Of a stretch of 64,000 nucleotides of DNA, positions 38,530 through 49,924 are shown one piece after another; within the stretch, counting starts at the first letter, position 1, and each line of letters starts with the position of its first letter. The notes below the pieces were generated by a model. That model saw only the letters and a program-made list of their open reading frames with translations, ran no database searches and had not been told where the DNA came from. A program made the translations under genes and the position numbers. The stretch is from Geosiphon pyriformis uo1 (Eukaryota; Fungi; Glomeromycota): the NCBI GenBank assembly GCA_016748015.1, contig JAAOMT010000376.1, forward strand, positions 62,001 through 126,000, given 5' to 3'.

Positions 38530-38965
38530 TCCAGTTGAACCAAAACCTTGGGTTCCTCTATCGCTTTTTCCTAATTGTTCTCTTTGATTGACTAGTTGCA
38601 AATCTGAAATGTTGATTAAGGGTAGGTAAATAGCTTGGGCAATGTTTTCAGCATGTTCAATCTTGAATGGTTTGTCAGTTTCATTTTGAAGCATCACTGT
38701 TATGTCTCCAGTATATCCAGCATCGATTATTCCTCCTCTGACATTGATTCCTTTGCTTGCCAGAGAGAACTGGGAGGTGATTTGAACCATTGCTCCTAGT
38801 GAAATTTCGAGTGCAATTTTGAGATTGATTTTTGTAAGAGATTTGGGTTTGAGAACAAGAGTATCCTTGCCTGGATATCTTAAGTCATATCCAGCATTAA
38901 TTTCGTGTGCTTTTTCGGGTTTTATTCCTTGTCCGTTGTTGTTGAAGTATTTAAGTTGTAAGGCA
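38530..38965 (-). pseudogene. Trimeric-family dUTPase domain within pol, between protease and RT
   Basis: Motif 1 AGYDL; motif 2 QFSLASKG (RSS changed by transitions); motif 3 GIIDAGYTGDI; motif 4 NIAQA; motif 5 RGTQGFGSTG. Confidence 0.93.
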
Positions 38966-39899
38966 GGCTGATTTTCAATAAGATAGGTGGGTGTTGTTTC
39001 AATTTCTTCCATTTCTTTAGGTTCTCCAAATTCAATTTCATTCTCATCATTTTCACTGGGCAAGGGGATACTAAGAGCATAGCATTCAGGACACTATTGT
39101 TCATTGCAAGGCATAATGCATTCTTTACATAGCCTAATGTTCATTTGCTCTAATCATTGAATTTGAGCTTCTTGGGTCGGGTAGGTGTGACTTGCAATTT
39201 GGTGGTAGACTTCTACTTTGTCTTCGTAATCGAATCCAGCCAATTCCATAGTGTATTCAATGTATTCTGCTTCCTTCATTTGACAAACATCTTCTTTGGT
39301 AGCTCCATTAATTAATGCTATTGCTAAGTTGAAAATCATCTTGGCATCATGAGAGTAGTAATAAAGTTTGTTAAGAGCACTGTTGTATGCTGCATTAAAG
39401 GGTGTTCCTCTTTTTACTTTTTCTGAAATTGATAAAGCATATTGGCAGGTCTGATCGCAGATGCCTCTTCTCATTGCTATATTAATCTAATTGCATTCTT
39501 CTGGTAGCATATCTCCACAAATCAAACAAGGGGTGTTGTCCCATTTTCTGCTCCTTTTTATTAGATGGCCTCATCACTCTCTGTAGCAAGCTTTGCAGTA
39601 ATAACAAGTATGATTCTCATATTCTTTTTCAGGTGAAATGCAGGCTCCCATTGACGATAGTTTCTTGTGGTAGTCCTTATATTTAAGGGGAATATAGGGG
39701 TGTTGTTTCCTTGGTTCAGGTTTTGAGTAAGGTATATTCCATCCAGAGGTTTCAGGTTTAGTGTGTGGGGTAAAATATTCTTGTTCTGTTTCATCGGCCC
39801 AGTTGGACGTTGATCTAAGAGCCATGAATGTTTCAATTATTGGTTTTTCTTCTTCTGATTCGAATTCAAAAGCTGGGGCTTTTTCAGAGTGTTTGTTGA

Positions 39900-40270
39900 A
39901 TGTACTACAAATAGCAGATACCCGGGCATGTTGTCCTTGGTAGGAGATTGTTAACTCTTGTGTTTCCCAATTCAGATTAGCATTGGCTTTTTGAAGCCAA
40001 TTATTTCCAACAAGAGCTTGGTACTGGGGTACGTCCATTATAAGAACTTTGACTGAAATAGTAATTCCATCAAGAGTGAATGGAAAATTGTCAATTTCTC
40101 CTACTGAGGTCTTTTTCATGCCATCGGCAGTAATGATTACTGTTTGAGCTGGTCAGTTGACATTTCTTTTCAACTGTTGCATCAACTGGTAGATAATAAT
40201 GCTTCCGGCAGATCCATTGTCTAGGATCAAGCGAATTGGCTTTCCTTTTACTTCAGCTTCTGTGTACATT
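39900..40270 (-). pseudogene. Retropepsin-type aspartic protease
   Basis: IRLILDNGSAGSII (DSG changed to DNG, Asp codon 40219-40221) and ALVGNNWL. Confidence 0.85.
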
Positions 40271-40625
40271 GCAGTGATGGCTTTTTGCTCATTAGCCGCT
40301 GCATTGCTAAGCAAGAATGGTGATTTATTTGCTTCAAATTCAAAAGGAAAGATATCAGAGAGATTGGCGTTTTCAGCAATTCAGGCTGGTGGAATAGTGG
40401 TGTGGTTATGAGAAGGGTTTTGTTGTTGTTGTGCTGCAGCTCTACCTTTCGAGAGTACAGTATGGTGAAAATCCTGTTCTTCCAGCATTGTTAAATAACT
40501 GGGTTGAGTGTGGTAATGGTTGGGTCTTGGTTGAGTAGTATTTCAGAGAACCAATTGGTTGTTCAAACTGATTCTACTGTTGTTTACTTGGTATCAGTTT
40601 TGTGGTGTAAATTGATTTTGTGTAA

Positions 40626-42305
40626 TCAGTCTTCAAACAGGTACTTGATAATGTTGGGTGGGTGGTTGTTGGTGTTGCTGTTGGATTGGTTGTGAGGTGG
40701 GCTGATAATAGTTATTTTGGTATTGGGGTCTTGGTAGATAGTAAGCTGGTGGTGATGATTGATAATAAGATTGCTGTGGTGGAGAGTAACATTGATTACT
40801 CTTATTTGTTGGTCTCGTTGCAGCTTTCTGCAATCTCTTTTCCAGTGGTCAGAGATTCCACAGTAATGGCAATTCTGGGGCTGGTTATTGGAAAGTGGTG
40901 CAAAGTTATTTTGATTTCGTCTTTGGGGTGGTTGATATCTTTGGGGTTGTTGTTGTTGGTTGGTAAAATAGTTTTCAACCTTCTTTGTGAGTTGGTCAAT
41001 TTTTTCCTCAGCTACTGAGCTGGTTTCTCCAATTGCCAAATTTACAAGTTTTGTATGATTGGCTTCTTCTATGGTCATTTCATATCTTTTCGCATACTGT
41101 ATGGCAGAGTTTAAATCTTCTGGTGCGTGTGGGCAAACCTTTTTAATTAGTTTATCTTTTAGGCCAGCAATAAATTGATCCAAGATTTGAGCATCAGAAT
41201 AATAATTGTTTGTCTTGAGTTGGCGAATCCATCTGAAAAGTTTGTTGAATTTCCCAATATAAGTCATAACAGATTCGGAGGGTTCTTGTTTGATATTTCG
41301 AAAACAATTGCGAAGAGTGATGGAGGTATTATTGTCGGTGAACTGTTCAAGGAAGGCTGCTTTGAAAGCATTCCAATCATTGAATGGGGGGACAAGGTTT
41401 TCAAACCATTCTCCTGCTGTTCCTTTGAGAAAATAGGGAATTGTTCTTAACATTCTGGCAGCATTCCATCCATTTGCATCTCCAGCTTTAGTAACTTGGT
41501 CGAGCCATTCTTGGGGACTGGTCTCAATATCTTCTCCATTGAATTTAGGGATTTTTGCGATGTATGTTGTCATTTTGTCTTCTTCGTTTTCATTGTCTAT
41601 TGATTCTTCTTCAGTTATTTCAGAGTTGTTTTCTTCATTTGCTGCTGTCTCAGAGTGTTCACTTTGATTTTCAGCTAGAAAATCAAGGAGATTGGAACTA
41701 GTTTGAAGGGGTTCTTGTTGTCTGGTGGGACTTCTGAGTGATGTAAAATCTTCTGGTTTTGTAAATCGATTCAAGGGTGAATTAAGTGTTTGTGCTTGTG
41801 CAAGTAAAGCTGGAAAAGGTGTGATAATAAGTGGAAATTTTGAACTGGTTCCTTGTTCAGGTGTTTGTAAATGTTTGGCAGTTGTTTTCGGTAGTGTTGG
41901 AGTATTTGGGGTGGTTCTTGAATATTGCTTTAATTTGTTTTTGCCTTTGTTGCTTGTTTCTGTTTCCGATTCAAAGTTAATAGTGTATTGAGACTGCACT
42001 AGATATGTTTCTTCACAGTATTTGATAATGTTAAAATTAAGTTTGTGAAAGTAAGTGGCAAGTGTTTCACTATTAAGGTCTTCAGTTTCCAACTGTGAAT
42101 AGTGTACTAAATTATTGTAAAGGTTGCTTCTAACTTCTGAGATATTATAATTTCTAAAAAGATAATTGTTGATGCAGTTTTCAATGTATTGGTATACTGA
42201 TTTTTTGACAACTTCAATTCCGTCTGGAATGTTGAATCTTTGCTTGCAGTGGGTGTAAATTGATTGGTAATACTCTAGAGTTGTTGTGTCTGGTGTGGTC
42301 GCCAC
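40626..42305 (-). pseudogene. Gag (retrotransposon capsid domain and CCHC knuckle), frameshifted near 40805
   Basis: PKFNGED...PQEWLDQV, LKGTAGEWF, IKQEPSESVMTY, QFIAGLK, CHYCGISDHWKRDC. Confidence 0.92.
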
Positions 42306-42332
42306 TTTGAAGTTGTTTTTGCTGTGTTGTTT

Positions 42333-42348
42333 CTGTGGAAGAGCACCA
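42333..42348 (-). other. Primer-binding site TGGTGCTCTTCCACAG
   Basis: TGG starts 2 nt inside of the 5' LTR end and is complementary to a tRNA 3' end ...GAGCACCA. tRNA identity not determined. Confidence 0.8.
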
Positions 42349-42350
42349 AA

Positions 42351-43330
42351 TGTTACCGGAGGTTTTTGGTCTCTTTTCTGTAATGTTGTTAATACTTATT
42401 TGCTGTAAATTCACGTTTTCTGGATGTGGTTGAACCTCCAATAACTGAATTTATCTTCAAATTATCTCCTATAATTTGAACTTGCTGGGCTTATGTGTGG
42501 AATGACCAATTCTGTGCCAGTTGCTTTATGTAGTTACGTTGTAGTAAACGTCAACTCTTTCCCAGGAATTGCTCGTCTAGAAGCTCACTAAAAATGTGTA
42601 GTTACTTTGCTGTGAAAGTCAACTTTTCTACAGGAATCTTGTCTGTAGGCTACCCTAATGATTGTAATAAGAAAAGAAAAGAAAAATAAAAGAAGTGTAA
42701 AAAAAATAAGATTTTATCAAGGGAAACATTTTCTATTCATGCCTGGAGTCACTAACAGTTTATTGAAATTGGTAGCTAATCAATTTCGAAATGTTAGTTG
42801 GTTTTTGGGGATTTTTCAAGGGCAATAATTAAAGAATTTGGTTTTTCAAATTATTTGGTATTTATTTCTTTTTGTGTGTGTAGAAATGGTTCTAAGTAAT
42901 AAATCTAAAGTAAGATATATTTTCTCAAAGAGAGAAGCTCTTCTTTTATACAACTTGTTGTAACACTATTCTATGAACTTGAACTTTGCTATTTTCTACA
43001 ATTTTGCTGAACTAAAGATACATTTCGGCAAACTACAAGTTATTTCGGCGAACTATTAGATATTTCAGTGAACTATCAATTATTTCGGTGAATTTCTACA
43101 AATTTCGGCAAACTTTTGAATGTTATATTGTTCGGGGTATTGCATGATTGATCATTGCAATTAGGTTACATTTGTGTTGTGTACAATTTGGGATATTAAT
43201 TAAATAATAATTTCGGACATTTTTGCTAATGTAATAAGTAATCATTTGAAATGATAATATATGCTAATTAATGATAGGAATTATAAGATAATTTCATGCT
43301 AAATAATATCTCTAATTTCGTCTGGTAACA
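42351..43330 (-). repeat. 5' LTR (980 bp)
   Basis: Same length as the 3' LTR. Has TTCGCCGAA-like repeats and a TATAAAAG box on the minus strand at about 42943-42950. Confidence 0.95.
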
Positions 43331-46144
43331 ACTCCATCAAACTTATTCTTAATCCAGAGCTTACAACTAGACCTCAGATTTGTCTCAGTAATTATCAAAA
43401 CAAATTTTCAGAATCTCTATGTCAACAGATAATGTCCTTCTGCTTGGCAGGAACATTAATACCATGAACATTACATGTCGCAAATTTTCAAACAAAATTA
43501 CTTATTGGAGAGAAAGAGAAATAAACAATCCCAAACCAGAGCACAAACAATCCAATCTTTCCAAGACAGATTCAACCGACACCTCTAAAGCCACCATCTT
43601 GGATTCTAGTCTACCCACCTTAGTGGTCAAAACTTTAGAACTACTTGAACTAAAGTCAGCAACTGAGTCTGTAACAACAACTGAAAGAGAGGGAGGAGGA
43701 GATGCCAGTGTATTATCTAGAGCCATTTCTGAGTCCAAATTAGACACTACAAGTGCAAGGACAACTGAAGGAGAAACATAAAAATCAAACACCAAAGGCA
43801 CCAATTCTACAAAGCTCAATTTTTTCATAATAGCCAAAATCTGGTCTATTAAAAGCTCCAAAGATTGTTTTAGAGAAACCAGTTGATCAACCAAGCAGGA
43901 ATTCCCAAGGAAGTTAGAAACCAACAAGACAGGTTTAGCACCTAAAAATAAACCAGTACCAAAAAAACCTGACAAAACCACACGAGAAAGTAAGCTGCTA
44001 GCAATCTGTGCCCAAGTTTTCCCGCCGAAAGAAACTGGGCAAACAATTGGTGCCTGTTTCTTCTTATATATGTTGATCAAACAGACCTGATTCTGAAGAG
44101 TTACCATTCGCTTACCATAAGTACCAGAATTCTTACCTAGTAAACACACTGTAGAGATATGACTCAATTGTTTATACTTGGTGCAACAAGCCAGAAAAAG
44201 ACCAGCTCAATACAAATTTACACCCTTATAAACTGGAACAAAACCAATAGCAGCCAATTTAGATGTTTTATTCTTAAAACAGACTACTGCACATCTGTCA
44301 TAAACATATAAATTCAGATTGCAACCAATAAAACAAGTTCTTCCACCATATGATTCCAACAGACCTGACAAATCATGAACAGTAGTACCAACAGGAAGAG
44401 TGTAAAGCAAAACTCAATGCTAGTCTCTCAATACTCATGAAACTTTATTATCCACTGCCAAGACCACACATGCCAAATCTTTTCCCATGAAAACTGATCA
44501 TTTAGATGCAACCAAACTGGCAACATCTGCTGATTTAAACTCAACCAAGACCTTTTGCCAAAGCCCAATCAATTGCATCCTAACAGAAACCACTTTATCA
44601 AACTTAGAAAAAACTGACTCTACAGCCAATTTGGGAAGATCAACTGGAATCTCCTTGACTATTACTTCCCGATTTGTGCATTTGTTTACCTGTCTAACAT
44701 CATCATTTACCACAATTTTTTAGCCTTTTTCAGACTCAATTCAGACGTAAAAGAGGATTTAATAATCCCAAAAAACTTTGAGAGAATGAAAGCCCCCCCA
44801 AAACCATCAATTTTATAAAAAATTTTTTTAACAGAGATTAATTTATTGCTATTAGTTATCTCAGGCACAGCAGCCAAATTCATGTTCAATGTGAAAGATT
44901 TAACTAGCTTAAAGCTATGTCTCTTTAAGACATGTAATTTGGTTAACAGCAGCCAATTGGACCCAGCAAATTTAGAATCAGGAAGTACCAACTCAGTATT
45001 ATTGTCACTTAAGTTTTTAAAGAATGGTTTTTTCGGCAGCTGTTCCAACATGTAGGTTCTTATTTGCATTTTCCTAGGAGTTGCATTGTCCACCATGTCA
45101 TTAGTTTCAGAAGTGTTGGAGTCTATGTAACTTGTTTCTTTGGCTACTATGTTGCCCATGTTCTCAACGTTAGACACCCCACTAATACTAGTATCCTCAT
45201 TTTTTACCTTACTGCCCTAAGACATCTTGCATTCACCACAGTCTGTCTACAAAACATGGCTAGGAAGAGGTCTAGCCAACAAATCCACTATGACACCAGC
45301 AATATCAAGTTTTTTCAATTTTTTGTATGAAAGGCCTCGAGTGTATATACTCTCAATACACACTTTCTTTTTAACAACAGACTGGGGTCCCAATCCAGTC
45401 AAACCAGAACCAGAACTACCAATAAAAGAGCCCACTGGTTCCATCGCAACAAAATTAGTAATGTCAGAAGAAATAACTACAGATAACAAAAAAAAAGGAG
45501 AAAAAAAAAAGCTAAATCTTTGGCAGTACAAATGCTTTCATTGTGGTCAGGGAATTAACAAGAAAAAGATTTTTTTTTTTTAGTTGTTTTTAATATAATT
45601 TTATGTTTCATATTGACATTTTTAGAATTTAATATTAAGTATTAATTGTATTTTATAGTAAATATTTATTTAATATACTTAACAAAAACTAACAATTATA
45701 CAAGTTAAAAAAAAAAGATAAAAGATAATAATAAAAAAATAAAAAAGTTAATATTATTGTATTAATTTTTGCTTTAAGTAAGCTTTATTTGTTTAAAAAA
45801 TATTTTTTTACAGCTTTAAAAAATCTTACTTATATACTATTAAAAAAAAATTAATTATTAAGTTAATAATTATATTAATAATCAAGTCAATAATCAAGTT
45901 AATACTTAAGTTAATAATTAAATTAAAATTCTTTTTTTCTCTTATTTTTATAATTACAAACAAAGCAAAAAGTAATAAAGTTTCAAATATTTTTTTTTTA
46001 TAGTAACAAATAAAGTTTCAACAAAAAAAAATCTTTTTATTATTAATATTATTACTATCTTTGTATAAATGGCCAAAAAAATTAAAAAATTAAAAAAACA
46101 GTAGCAGTTGCTTAAATTTATTATTATTATACTAAATTTTTTTG

Positions 46145-47405
46145 GTAATATCTAATTTTTTTTTAATATAAATAACAACAACAATAATATATTTTTTAAA
46201 ATAAATCAAAATTATCTACTGGCTGTATTGCCAAATATAATATCTTTAACAGATTACTAATTTTAAAAACAAAACAATTTATTAAATTACTTGATCTTAA
46301 AAATTAAGCTAATCAAATAAAAACTAAATCAACTTTTTCTTTTCTGTTTTTTAATACTATTTTAAATAGTGTTTAAAAAACAATTTCCAGTTATAAAAAT
46401 TTTTTGAATAAGTAGTTTTTATTTTAATGTTGGTTTTATTTTTAAAATTAAATTGGCTTTAATTAATTTTTTGTTTTATTTATTTTCTAATTTAGTTAAA
46501 CTTAAATTAGTTTTTAAAAACAATATTAAATTGTTTTATGTAAATTTTGCTTTTAAGACTTTTTTGGTTTTTATTACTAATATTATTATTAATAGTTTTT
46601 TTTTAATATATTTAAAGTTGCAAAATTTTTTTAATAACTTTTGGTTTTTTTTGTTTTATTTTTGTTGTATTTTATAATGTTTTTTTTAACATATTTCTTA
46701 ATAATATTAAAACTACTTTTGATGTTTTTGATATTGTTATTTTGGTAAAATTAAAGTCTACTGACTTGTAATAATATATTATTTTAAGTTTTAAAAACTT
46801 TTTCTTTACTATTGCTGCTTTTAATAACTAGTTTGTATTAATTAAAAAAAATAGTATTTAGATTTTTTTTTTTCTTAATTAAAAAAAGATTATTATTTTA
46901 AAAAAATTTTTAAGACCAAATTAATTAATCTTTTTTTTTTAAGTTAATAATTATACTTGTTTTATTCTCTATTTTTCTGTTTTTTATTATTATTAGTGTT
47001 TTATTATTGTTACTTTTAAGTTTTATAAAATGTTAAAACTTGTTATAATTAAAATTAATATTTTGCACAAATATTATATTTGGTAAAAAACTTCTGAATA
47101 TTATTGTTGTTATAGATATTAAAATTTAAATCACTTGTTTAAAGATTGCAAAATGTTATTATTTTTTTATAAGTTGTTTGCTAAGTTTACTGTTGACTTT
47201 AAGTTGTGTTTTTTTTATTAATAAAAAGTCTTATATTAAGACTTTTACTTTTTTGTTTTTTTTTTTGCTGTTTTTTTGGTACTGTTTATTATTGATTTTA
47301 TTATTAAATTTAAATTGAACTTTTTGAAATCTTAAATTTTAAGTTTGGTTACTTTGATAAAATTTGTTATTAAGTTTATTAGTTTTTTGATTACTTTAGT
47401 TATTA
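46145..47405. repeat. Decayed interspersed repeat, copy A (about 1.3 kb)
   Basis: Colinear with 48620-49920, e.g. attacttgat(c/t)ttaaa(a/g)attaa(g/a)ctaatcaaataaaaa at about 46287 and 48801. Confidence 0.75.
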
Positions 47406-47439
47406 ATCTTTTAAATAAACATATTAATAAGACTTTTTA

Positions 47440-47900
47440 AATAAAAAAATGTGCTTATTATAAAATATAATGCTAATAATTTTCTAATCTTCTTATTAGT
47501 GTTTTTAAAAACATTATATATTTTAAGTCTAAAATTAATTTTAATAAAATAAACTATAATAAAATGTTAATTACAAAGTTTTTTTTTAAATAAAAATATT
47601 ATTAAGTATGTTATTATTTTATAATATATATTAAATGCTAAAACCAAAGATAATATTAAAGCAATTAAATTATTTCTTAATTAATTTATCTTTAATTCTA
47701 AAAATTTAAATAGTATTATTGAAAAAATTTATAAATTAGGTTTATTTTTAACTTTTTTTGTTTTAATATAGTATTGTTTTAACTGACTTAAATAGTTGGT
47801 TATGTATAAAAAGTATATAAATCATATTTAGTTTAAATTATTTAATTTAGATTATTTAGTTTAATATATTATATTAAAATATATTTGAATCTTATTCATT
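47440..47900 (+). mobile_element. Decayed LINE 3' fragment
   Basis: 47769-47819 aligns position by position with the LINE stop codon and 3' UTR motif and is followed by an A/TAA-rich tail. Left boundary approximate. Confidence 0.6.
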
Positions 47901-48169
47901 ATATATAATAAATAAATAAAAAATTAAATTAATAATAAAATAATAATTAATTCTAAAAATAAAATAGTTAATAATATTATTAATAATTAATACATGTTAT
48001 TAATTATAATAAATAATAAATAAAATTAAAAATTTATATAATAATTAATTAAACAAAAATATTTAAGTAAATATTTTATAATAAATTAAATAACTTATTA
48101 AAAAACAATTTAATACAATATTATAAACAATTTATAAATTTATATAATATTTATAAATTATTATATAAA

Positions 48170-48620
48170 AATTTTTCTTCTTAAATTTTATGATCATAAT
48201 TAAAGCAAAAAATTAAAAAGTTTTATTGATTATTTTTTTCATAAAGTTTTAATAAAAAAAATTTTTTTTGTTATCAAACCAATTAGCAAAATATTTTAAC
48301 AATATTTTTTTTAAATATTAATAAATAAAAACTGTTTTTAAAAGTTTCTGAAATTTTTTTTTACTTTTGGTTAATAATTTTTTTTAATCAAAAGTTTTTT
48401 TAAAAAACACACTAAAATTAGTTTTAGTATTGTTTCTATTTTTTTTAAAAGCCTTAAAATTTTTAATAATAAGCCAATTAACAAATTAATTTTTTTTGTT
48501 TTTATTATTATTACTATTATTATTATTTTATAAATAACCAAAACTTCAAAAAACAATAATAATTATTTGTATTTATTATTATTATATTAAATCTCTTTAT
48601 AATTTCAAATAAAATTTTTT
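48170..48620 (+). mobile_element. Decayed 5' fragment of the ORF1-only (HAL1-like) family
   Basis: atcataattaaagcaaaa matches the start of the element at about 59920. KSLKIFNNKPINKLIF matches KSSKVFNNRPVNKLVF. Confidence 0.7.
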
Positions 48621-49920
48621 TAACAATATTTAGTCTTTTTTTTAATATAAATAATAATAATAATAGCATATTTTTTAAAATAAGCCAAGGTTAATCATTA
48701 ATTATAATATTAAATTTAATGTTTTTTAGCAAATAATTATTGATTACAAAATAAAATATAATATGTTTTTGGATGTGTTTTTATTTAATTAATTTATTTA
48801 ATTACTTGATTTTAAAGATTAAACTAATCAAATAAAAATAGAATTAATATTTTTTTGTTTTTTGGTATTGTTTTTGATAATGTTTAGAAAACAATTTTTA
48901 ATTATCAAAAATTTTTTGAGTAAATAATTTTTATTTTAATATCTAATATTATTTTAAGATTAAATTAATTTTAATTAATTTTTTGTTTTATTTGCTATCT
49001 GGTTTTATTAAATTTAAGTCTATTTTAAAGAAAAAATGTAAAATTGTTTGTGTAAATTTTGTTTTTAATGTTTTTTTAATTGTTATTATTAAAATTTTTT
49101 TTAATAATTTTTTTTAATTATATTTAAAATTGCAAAGTTTTTTGTAATAACTTCTGTTTTTTTATTTTATTTGCTATTATACTTTATAATATTTCTTTAA
49201 ATATATTTTTTAATGATATTAAAAATACTTTTGATGTTTTTAATATTGTTATTTTAGTTAAATTAAAATCTATTAATTTGTAGTAATATATAGTTATTTA
49301 TTTCAAAAACTTTTTTTGTTACTGTTATTTTTGTTTACTAATCTGTTTTGGTTAAAAAAATAGTATTAAAATTTTTTTTAATTAATTAAAAAAAATTATT
49401 ATTTTAAAAAATATATTTAAAGCCAAATTTGTCAATTTTTTTTTGTTTTTAAAATTAATAATTTGATTTTTCAAGTTAATAATCATATTTGTTTTATTTT
49501 TAACTTTTTTAATTCTTAATATTGTTAATATTTTATTGTTATTATTTTTAAGTCTTTGAAAATTTTATATTTTATTGTTTTAAAATTTGGTATTTTGTAT
49601 AAAAATTGTATTTAATAAGAAACTTTTAGATATTATTATTATTACAAGTATTAAAATTTAAATTATCTAATTGTAAATTATAATATATTTTCATTTTTTT
49701 TTTAAATTTATTTTTAAGTTTATTGACAGTTTTATTATTATTTTTTATCTTTTATTAATGCAAAATTTTATATTAAAATTATTGTCTTTATAACTTTTTT
49801 TTTAATTGTTTTTTTGGCTATTTTGTTATTAATTCTGTAATTAAATCTGAATTAAATTTTTTAAAATCTTAAATCTTAAGTTTACTGTTAAGCCAATTAA
49901 TTTATTGATTACTTTGGTTA
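48620..49920. repeat. Decayed interspersed repeat, copy B
   Basis: Direct repeat of 46145-47405. Confidence 0.75.
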
Positions 49921-49924
49921 TTAT

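Larger units (their letters stand above)
33479..43330 (-). mobile_element. Full-length Ty3/Gypsy LTR retrotransposon carrying a dUTPase (defective copy)
   Basis: Two 980-bp LTRs, perfect 4-bp TSD ACTC (33475-33478 and 43331-43334), outer termini TGTTACCAGA...TCTGGTAACA, PBS and PPT. Domain order gag-PR-X-dUTPase-RT-RH-IN-ORF3. Confidence 0.96.
27860..45580 (-). mobile_element. Full-length LINE (ORF1; APE-RT-RNaseH-CCHC ORF2; polyA) split by two LTR insertions; LINE segments 27860-30806, 31816-33478, 43331-45580
   Basis: PolyT at about 27860-27879 is the tail. C-terminal CLYCGDMKALNHVFFC; RNase H VYTDGFLS; RT AGAFVDDTIWV; APE split at 33478/43331; ORF1 45531-43502. The reading frame is restored across the solo LTR when one 4-bp TSD is removed. 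Many transition-derived stops. Confidence 0.92.

Noticed and set aside
38530-38965. dUTPase as direct protection against the observed C-to-T erosion
   Set aside because: dUTPase sanitises the nucleotide pool and does not reverse cytosine or 5mC deamination in DNA; this copy is itself mutated.
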